A stretch of 20,000 nt of DNA from Hydrurus foetidus (Eukaryota): assembly GCA_900617105.1 (NCBI GenBank), contig UYFQ01000134.1, positions 52,848-72,847 on the forward strand, written 5' to 3'. Position numbers and translations under genes: made by a program. Positions 11,301 through 18,526 of this stretch are shown here, one piece after another; position 1 is the first letter of the stretch; each line of letters begins with the position of its first letter. Under the pieces are notes generated by a model. It did not search any database, was not told where the DNA came from, and was given only the letters and a program-made list of their open reading frames with translations.

Positions 11301-14134
11301 AATGCAACCTCTTTCATTGTGTCGTCGTCCATCTCGTCCGCATCCTCCGCAATACCGTCTAGCTGACTCACCACCTCGTAGAACTGGTCGAAGTCAAGCA
11401 CCTTCTTACCATCAGCTGCCTCGGAGATGATCTCCATGATCTCCTCCTTGGTCACCACCTCATCAGCGATCATGTCCTTCACGTCCCCCCACGCCATGAA
11501 CGCCGCCACGGACACCTTCTTGTCTTTGCCGCGCAGCTCGTCGAAGAGCTCCTTGGCCACTTCTTTGAGATCTTCTTCGTCCAGCTCTTCGTCAGCGTCA
11601 GCGTCGCCATCGATCTCGTCGGCATCCTCAGAATTATCCATGTCTGTCTCGTCGTCATCAGCGCCTTCGAGATAGAGATTGCCTTGCACGGCTGTCTTGT
11701 CGAGTTTGGTGGCGATCATGTAGAACTCCTCAAAGTTCACTTGTTTCTTGCTTCCCGCGACACTCACAACGATGTCTTCGAGCTGTTCGGGAGTGATGAC
11801 TCTGTCTTCGAGCATTTCCAACACGCCTGCCGACACCTTCAGATCCTTCACTTGCACCTTGTCGTTCAGTCCTCGTAGTAAGTCGAAACCGTCAGCAGCA
11901 ACTGCACGACGAACTTCTACACTGGGCTGGTTCTTGTCGTCGTCATCACCCTCTGACTCCTCCATGATGGTTTCCTCGTCCTCAGCCACCTCGTCCAGAG
12001 AAGACACCAAGTTGTAGAACTGCTCGAAGTCGATGTGCTTGCTGGAACCCACCACGTCTGTGATCATGGCGTCCAGGTCCTTCAGCGTTATCAGCTCGTT
12101 CTCCACGAGCTCGGTGACGTCGGACCAGGACTTGAAGGCCTTCACTGTCAGCTTGGCGCTCTCTCCCTTCAGCTCTTCGAACAACTCGAGCGCCACCTCC
12201 TTCATCGTCTCGTCGTCCTCTCCCTCTACCTCGTCCTCTGCCTCCGAATCGAGCTGGAGAACCATTTTGGTTTTCTGTGCAGGAGGAGGAGTAACGGATA
12301 ACTTAACAGCAGGTTTCACGATTGATGAGGCAGGGGCAGCGACGATTTCTTCGTCTTCATCCTCGTCATCCCCGAATGCATCTAGATCAGTGGTCATTCC
12401 TTCCATCGCATCTTGCAACATATCCACTATCTCCACAAATTGCTCGAAAGTAATCGTGATGGCCTTCCCCTTCGGCTTGCCGGTCACTTCTTGGACTGCT
12501 CCATCCAGGTCGTCCAGGTCGATGATTTTGCTCTCTAACATGTCCTGCACATCTCCCCAGTCCTTCAAGTCGGAGACAGACATGAGCGGTTTCGCTCCTC
12601 GCAACTCGTCGAATATCTCTTTCAAGTCACTATCGTCGAAGACCTCCTCGGGGGCGTCAGTGTCGTCGACATCAGTAGATGATTCCGATTTGTCTCCGCT
12701 GTCTCTGATTTGCACCGTGTCAGCAGCCAAGGCTCCAAGCTCTTCGAAAAGCATCTTCAAGTTGTATGCGACTTTTTCACCGACATTTGGGTTGACCTGT
12801 AAGACGCCACATGTGATTTGCCTGCCGACAGCGAAATCCTGCTCTAGTAGTTGTTTTTGGAATGACTCCTTGAGGTCTGGAGGCACTTCGAACTGCTTGG
12901 GCAGGTCCCTCTTCGCGATCAGACCCGTCACATTCAAGGGACCGAGAGAGTTCACGGACACGAGAATACCTGCGGGGATGACCTGCTGTATCACACCGCT
13001 GACAGTGTCACCGACTGCAACTTTCTCCAATTGCCGGCGAAGGCGACGGGCTCTACGGCGGTCATTGCCGGCGCTTTTGATTCCTAGTTTCTGTTCCCGT
13101 ACTCTCAGCTTGTCGATAGTGGAATCCGTGGTGAGAGTGAGCCGACTGCAAGAATAGACACAGTTTGTTACACCACCAAGTGGAAGCAATACTAAATGAG
13201 CGATTGACGGATTATGCACTTACCCAGACTGCTTGTACACTTCCTTAACGTACACTTTAATCCTTGTTCCAACACTAATTATGCCGTCAGCTGTGTTTTC
13301 ACTGGAGTCATAGCCTCTGTTGTTGCGGTAGCTAGATTTGCGACTGCCGACAGCAAGATAGCTCCTATCCACAATGTCAACTTTATGCAACATTCCATTT
13401 ATGGCCTGGAAACTCCCTCCTTTACCGGCACGATACACACCGGTGGAAATGAACGCGGCGTAGGCAGTGCAGGACTGTACAATGCCGTCTAACTCCATTC
13501 CTGTTTTCAAATTACTCAATAAAAGCCCCCCAGTTGGTATCTTAGGAGCAACTTTCTCAGAGACTTTGTGGGGCTTCGTCAACACTCGAACTGGCTTGAA
13601 GGTTTTCGATTCTGCCTTTTCAGTCACGGCTTCGCGAATGACAACAGGTTTGATTCCATCAATAGGCTTCAACGAGACTTGGACCATTTCATCCGCATCC
13701 ACCTTTGAGATGTAGACCTGCATAACAGACCCTGCCTGTAGTGCTAGTCTCTCTGTAGGTGACAGGAGCTTTGTAGACATTGAAGCTCTTGAAGTTTTCC
13801 CGCCATTCCTGATCTGCATTGCGTCGGTAAGTTGAAGTAATCATTTTGTGTTGCTTTAGAGTTCAAAGAGGTGCCTATCGAAGGTGATATCTGCCAGGTG
13901 AAATATCTGTCCTAAAAGTAATATCTATCAATTAATTCTCACCAGGAATGAGACCTTCGGGTCACTGACTGTGCCGAGTATGTCGTCCACCTCAGCGATT
14001 ATCGTATCCCCAACGTTGAAGCCCGCAGATAGATATGAAAGTCTTTTATGCGACAGTGATCTTGCACTATTAGGTAGAAAGCCATTGACTGATGCGGCCC
14101 AAAATGCCAATACTACGCACAATACTTGTGCCAT
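5358..14134 (-). CDS. Giant acidic repeat protein (~2688 aa): bipartite plastid-targeting presequence, 2-3 S1-like domains, ~20 EF-hand-pair-like modules; 8 exons
   Basis: Exons 14134-13943, 13813-13224, 13145-7667, 7545-6865, 6754-6693, 6599-6125, 6050-5757, 5651-5358. All introns are GT-AG and frame-consistent (8067 nt). N-terminus MAQVLCVVLAFWAASVNG|FLPNSARS reads as signal peptide plus Phe at +1. S1-like segments: LKTGMELDGIVQSCTAYAAFISTGV...ISVGTRIKVYVKEVYKQSGRLTLT and VAVGDTVSGVIQQVIPAGILV...FAVGRQITCGVLQV. Repeated module ELF(D/E)EL(R/K)G...V..F..W.DV.E....(L/I)DF(D/E)QF..(L/I)V..LD, separated by D/E-rich linkers. Confidence 0.88.
8585..12370. repeat. Nested near-identical intragenic duplications (561-bp unit within a 2184-bp-offset duplication)
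   Basis: 8585-10186 matches 10769-12370 (offset 2184) with a handful of substitutions. A 561-bp (187-aa) two-module unit recurs, visible in antisense ORFs at 10284/10845 and 10617/11178. Module order in the protein: L-A-B-D-E-D-E-D then L-A-B-D-E-D. Confidence 0.95.
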
Positions 14135-14390
14135 TAGATTTTTTTATCTAAGATTGATTTTGCAATGACCGCCCCGGATAACGGCGAAACGATGGCAACA
14201 GTCAGCGCCTGCTCGTGATACGCGGCCGCGATGTCACTCCAACTGGTAGCTTCTTTGTAGTAGCTTCGTTGCAAGAATTAACACCTGTCAGCAGACATCA
14301 GATTCAAGGTTCAATGGCCTTGCTGGTTGGTGGTGTTGGAATAAGCCGTATTCCGGCGCGGAATGTGCGTACTGTCATCAAGAGGGGTCT

Positions 14391-14488
14391 CTGGACTCTG
14401 GACTCTGGACTCTGGACTCTGGACTCTGGACTCTGGACTCTGGACTCTGGACTCTGGACTGTGGACTGTGGACTGTGGATTGTGAACT
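14391..14488. repeat. 7-bp minisatellite (CTGGACT)10 grading into (GTGGACT)2 and degenerate units
   Basis: Ten perfect CTGGACT units at 14391-14460, then GTGGACT, GTGGACT, GTGGATT, GTGAACT. Confidence 0.95.
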
Positions 14489-14533
14489 GTGTGAATGACA
14501 GTGGCCGTGTGTGTTCTAAAAAAAATGGGAGCC

Positions 14534-14541
14534 TTTTATTT

Positions 14542-14578
<37 letters not shown>

Positions 14579-14597
14579 ATTTTTTATTTTTTATTTT
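14534..14597. repeat. T-rich (T4-7A)n low-complexity tract
   Basis: TTTTATTTTTTATTTTTTATTTTTTTA... read directly. Confidence 0.9.
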
Positions 14598-14684
14598 CTA
14601 TTGGGGAGGGGCAGGTAGGCATTTTGTTGATGACGCAGATTTGATTGCGTACCAAATGTGAAACGAATTTACGTGTTTCGCGTG

Positions 14685-15077
14685 TGTTGGAATTAAATTA
14701 TGCGTGGAATGAGAAATTCACTGTGAGCTATTGCGGTTTCCGACCAATTTTGCAGCAGCGTTCCCCCAGGGAACTGTGCAACGGCATGGCGTTCAGCCCT
14801 GCAACTTAACTTGGAACCAGAAATTTACCGACAGGGGGGTCTATTTGCAAAGAAAAGGGGTTCCTGGGTCAGATTCTAGATAAAATTCAAATATAGACCC
14901 CCCTGTCGGTAAATTTTTGGTGCCAAGTTAAGTTCCAGGGCTGAACGCCATGTCGTTGTACAGTTCCCCGGGGGGAAATTGTTTGGAAACCGCAATTCTG
15001 TGACTGCACTGCATGTATTTGAATCTAGTAGCGTACGACGCGGAGTGTACGAACTGTGTAATGTACGCTGATCAACA
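14685..15077 (-). mobile_element. Candidate 3' LTR of the minus-strand copia element
   Basis: On the minus strand it begins TGTTG immediately after the PPT. The proposed end is ...TAATTTAATTCCAACA at 14685, giving TGTTG...CAACA termini. The start is well supported; the end is inferred because no second LTR is present in the window. Confidence 0.55.
14730..14996. repeat. Long imperfect inverted repeat (foldback / MITE-like), arms ~115 and ~104 bp, 48-bp spacer
   Basis: Left arm 14730-14844 (ATTGCGGTTTCC...CATGGCGTTCAGCCCTG...AAATTTACCGACAGGGGGGTCTAT) is the reverse complement of 14893-14996, apart from a few mismatches and a ~10-bp indel. Confidence 0.92.
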
Positions 15078-15087
15078 CACCCTCTCC
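15078..15087 (-). other. Polypurine tract of the copia element
   Basis: Minus strand GGAGAGGGTG directly followed by TGTTG, ~270 bp downstream of the pol stop. Confidence 0.7.
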
Positions 15088-15353
15088 AACAGATAAGGTG
15101 CATGATTGTGTTACGTATGTATATGAATTTTTTTGTAAATTGCACAGCGAGTGTTGACGCAGTTGGTTAAAACAGCCAGTTGTTATCGAAAGACTGCTGG
15201 CTCGAGTCCCAGTGAGATTCAGCCCTCGGTAGTAGGGGTGTCGGCGCACTCAATAAGTGTGAGAATCCTCCGCACACGTCGCGTGAGAAGGGACTATGTG
15301 AAACATGGGCTGAGCTGATCGCTGATAAAGCGGGTGGTTTCTTTTGTCGAATT

Positions 15354-16425
15354 TTAGGACGAAGGGGGTATTGTGTATGTGCGTTGAGCTCTGCGGCCAG
15401 ATGCGTCTGGTGGCTTCTTTTGCCAGTTGACTGCTCGGATTGCTGATGGTGTGAGAAGCGCATGAGAAGGTGCTGTAGGAATGTGCACTAATAGGGGCAT
15501 GATAGACTGATGGACGTGAACGGGAAGAGGTTTGGTGAAGAAGTCGGCGAGGTTATCAGCTCCTTTACGCCACGTGACGATGAATTGTTTTTGTGCAATG
15601 CGATCTCGTATCCAATGAAAGCACATGTCAATGCTTTTAGTCTTTTTGGGTTCGATGGTGTCGTCGGCAATGCCTACGGCGCACTTGTTATCACATAGGA
15701 TGATGGTGGGATCTTGAGGGTATCCGAAGGAGTGTAGAATTTGTCGTAGCCAGACTCCCTCTTGACCAGCTAGGAATAGTACGGCATACTCGGCTTCAGC
15801 GACCGATGAGACGACTGATTGGATAATAGTGCTAAAAGAGTGGACGGAGCCATTGATGTGTGTAGATTGGTTGGCAATGCCGAGGTAGAAGATGGCTCCA
15901 GCGACTGATCGTGCATTGGGACGAGATAGGTACGTAGCGTCTGATTGAATGTGGAGCACCATATTGCATGCATGATAGCGTAGCGCGTTGTTTGGAAATC
16001 GGGAACAGTAGGCGAGCAGGCGTTGGGATGCATCGAAGACGTCTTGTGTGGGGTGCGCTTGAAGCGAGGATAGGTGTGTAACAGCGGGAAGGATCGTGAC
16101 ATCCGCGCCGCGTGCGTAGTATAAGAGTGCACCAACAAGTTCTTGCAATGTGGTTGTCTGTGATGGAGAAAGGGGGGCGCTAGTGTCACTGTAGAGTGTC
16201 TGCTGTCCGACTCCATAGTGTGGAGGAATGTATACAGCAGGCGAGTTAGCGCCAGTGTTGAGATGAGGAGCAAAGCGTTGGAGCACTTTGGCTATGTACC
16301 CTGGCATTGATAGTGTGACAGTGCGGAGTGCCTTGTCGAAAAAATTGAAAACCCAAGATATCTGGCTCCGGACCAGTCGATGGTGATGGGGTAAAGCATT
16401 TGTAGTGTGTGGATCAGGTTGTCAG
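15354..16425 (-). pseudogene. Truncated Ty1/copia pol (RT C-terminus + RNase H), CoDi-like
   Basis: ORF 15354-16307 contains LQELVGALLYYA, LHIQSDATYLSRPNARSVAG, SSVAEAEY, CDNKCA, KSIDMCFHWIRDR and NLADFFTKPL. RT-like text DNLIHTLQMLYPITIDWSGARYLGFSI continues upstream across a 1-nt deletion in the A6 run at 16339-16344 and stops near 16425, before the YVDD motif. SDAxYLS...ARS resembles the diatom CoDi copia RNase H rather than the usual DADWAG. Confidence 0.9.
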
Positions 16426-16447
16426 TCCAGCATATTCATGCATGATC

Positions 16448-16927
16448 TGTTAGCATAGTTTCATCTGTAGATTAGCATTCACATGTCACAAGTAGTGTAG
16501 CGCTTCCTCACCCAAAACACCGCCATACACTGTTGTGTACATACGCTCATCGTTCTTCTAGCGATATCCCCCTTCGGGGCCATCACCAAGCATCCGGTTT
16601 TTCACCACCAAGCATCCGGATTCCCACCAGGTATCCGGTTTCCACCAAGCATCCGATTTCATGAGCAGCGAGGGTTCCGCCCATTGCTCAATCGCCAACT
16701 TGAATATTCGCTGAATATGTTTCCACTTCGGCGATCACCATTTCATGCACAATGGATGCTTTGCTCTGCTTCTTTGATGGTTGTCTTCTCTGATATCATC
16801 GCCAGTTGTTTTACTACTTGATCGTTGTAAGTAAACACGTCTTCCGAGACCACTTCCATCAGCCAGTCTTTCCTTTGCGCTTCCGCAGCCAACAGGTAGC
16901 TCGCTTCACTCCACAGTCTGACTCACA
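16448..16927 (+). mobile_element. Candidate 5' LTR (480 bp)
   Basis: Starts TGTTAG and ends CTCACA (5/6 inverted match), directly followed by TGGTAGCG. An alternative end is CCAACA at 16894. Confidence 0.6.
16584..16660 (+). repeat. Four imperfect CACCAAGCATCCGG repeats inside the candidate LTR
   Basis: CACCAAGCATCCGGTTT / CACCAAGCATCCGGATT / CACCAGGTATCCGGTTT / CACCAAGCATCCGATTT. Confidence 0.85.
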
Positions 16928-16935
16928 TGGTAGCG
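16928..16935 (+). other. Primer binding site (TGGTAGCG, tRNA-Met-like)
   Basis: TGG directly follows the LTR-terminal CA. The first 8 nt equal the yeast Ty1 initiator-Met PBS (TGGTAGCGCC). The host tRNA match was not checked. Confidence 0.55.
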
Positions 16936-17017
16936 ATTGCATAGAAAGTTCAGCAATCATCGATATAGTATCAATATATCAACGGTATCTCATCACAACA
17001 GATATCTCAAGTCGGCC

Positions 17018-18526
17018 ATGATGCTACGATCGTCCGACAACACAGACCAAAACAACGAGGAATACCATGACCCAACTGGGCTAGAGACTCCCAGCCGCGC
17101 CCAGCTGCCGCGCATGCTCTCCATGACCCTTGCAGAGTTCGATGAACGTGTCGCCGAGGCCATAAGAGCCCAAACTCAAAATTTGGTCACCAGCTCGACG
17201 GCAAATCGTCAAAATCCTTCGACACCAAACCGACCTCGACGAGGCTCCCATGCAGAGGAAGCCACGCCACCGCGCCAAACTTCGGCAGAAGTTTCAGCAC
17301 ATGGGCTATCATATAATGCCGCTCTGGAATCCGTTTTGGAGTTAAAACGGCTAAAACTCGATCTCGTTCTGACGACCTCTTCAGAGATGGATAGCATCAA
17401 GCAAAATCAGATCACCACAACGACTGTGGGATCTAACAAGCGCTTCAAAGCTCTCGACAACATGCTCCATGTCGTTGGACTCTACCCAATGGCGATGGGC
17501 ACGCGTCGCGAGCCAATCCCAACGAGACTTAACCCATCAGGATACTCGGAGCCTACAACGTCGGAGAATTTGGATGGCACCTTCAATTATGTACCCGCCG
17601 ACGATGTTACACGATGGGCCCACGACAAGAAACGTCTCTACAACGTCATGTTGAACGCTTTCAGCGAGTCTACCCACTATTTATGTGCCGATTCCTTTAC
17701 CTCTCGCGATGGGATCGCTATTTATAAACGTATGCACAAGCACTACTACGGACATACTGAAGCAGACATCAACCGACTTAGGCGACTTCTACAAAACTTC
17801 AAGGGCTCCACGGCTACTTGTTTTCAAGAGGATTTAGTGAGGTTTACAACGTTAATGACAGAATTTGAGTACGCCCAGGCCAGACCGAGCACCGAGCAGG
17901 AGCGCCTTCAATTCCTTCACAACGCCTTCATGAACGACCACCGCCCCAACACCAAGTCCTACTTTATGTCGTGCCATAGCAACATGCTCACATATCACCA
18001 AACTTTGGAGAGAGCCGTTGTATATTCTGAGTATGCCCTCCTTCAAGACAAGCCGGTCAAGATAGCTGCCTTGTCCACTACCCCTGAAGCCTGCCGCAAG
18101 TTCCTCGCTGGTACCTGCCTTCTCGGTAACAAGTGCAAGTACTATCATGCTCCTGCTAAGCCACCGGCAGCGACACCTCCCTCTGGCAAAGCACATCCTC
18201 CTGCCCCACCTGGATCCGCTCCAGTCACGGACAAGAACCGGATCAAAGCCAAGGGCAAGTACCCTCCCAAGCAGACCTTCCCAGTGACGAGTATTGATGG
18301 TCGCGTCCCTTACCTCAAGAGCAACATTCCCATGAAGCTTCTTACCAACGGACCCAACATCAACCCTGAGGACGGATGGCAGAACAACACGCTTTTGGAT
18401 AACGCCGAACCCTCCGGGTATGTTCGCTTCTCCCTCAACATGTTCCGAGTCACCGACACTGACCCAGCACCTCCTCCGGATACACCGTCTGATCCTCCTC
18501 TCGAGTTAGTCCTCCTCTCGAGTTAG
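17018..18526 (+). CDS. gag: Copia-like Gag with a CCCH zinc finger (502 aa from first ATG; prematurely ended by a 17-bp duplication)
   Basis: First ATG is GCCATG at 17018. The segment RLYNVMLNAFSESTHYL...RDGIAIYKRMHKHYYG resembles copia gag capsid (UBN2-like). Zinc finger CRKFLAGTCLLGNKCKYYH (C-x7-C-x5-C-x3-H) at 18092-18148. The ORF lies just downstream of the LTR/PBS. Confidence 0.65.
   Translation: MMLRSSDNTDQNNEEYHDPTGLETPSRAQLPRMLSMTLAEFDERVAEAIRAQTQNLVTSSTANRQNPSTPNRPRRGSHAEEATPPRQTSAEVSAHGLSYNAALESVLELKRLKLDLVLTTSSEMDSIKQNQITTTTVGSNKRFKALDNMLHVVGLYPMAMGTRREPIPTRLNPSGYSEPTTSENLDGTFNYVPADDVTRWAHDKKRLYNVMLNAFSESTHYLCADSFTSRDGIAIYKRMHKHYYGHTEADINRLRRLLQNFKGSTATCFQEDLVRFTTLMTEFEYAQARPSTEQERLQFLHNAFMNDHRPNTKSYFMSCHSNMLTYHQTLERAVVYSEYALLQDKPVKIAALSTTPEACRKFLAGTCLLGNKCKYYHAPAKPPAATPPSGKAHPPAPPGSAPVTDKNRIKAKGKYPPKQTFPVTSIDGRVPYLKSNIPMKLLTNGPNINPEDGWQNNTLLDNAEPSGYVRFSLNMFRVTDTDPAPPPDTPSDPPLELVLLSS

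Noticed and set aside
5727..13157. Many plus-strand Ser-rich ORFs (up to 374 aa)
   Set aside because: They are antisense shadows of Asp/Glu-rich codons in the minus-strand gene.
5358..14134. Calling the giant protein the PSRP-7/EF-Ts polyprotein, Tex or Rrp5
   Set aside because: No EF-Ts, YqgF/HhH or TPR motifs are visible. Only the S1-like segments are shared.
14391..14488. Interstitial telomeric repeat
   Set aside because: CTGGACT does not resemble TTAGGG/TTTAGGG-type repeats.
14215..14661. 148-aa ORF with LWTLDSG repeats and a Phe-rich 'TM' segment
   Set aside because: It is an artefact of the 7-bp minisatellite and the T-rich tract.
16568..16579. C(UUCG)G tetraloop hairpin
   Set aside because: The stem is only 3-4 bp, which is expected by chance.
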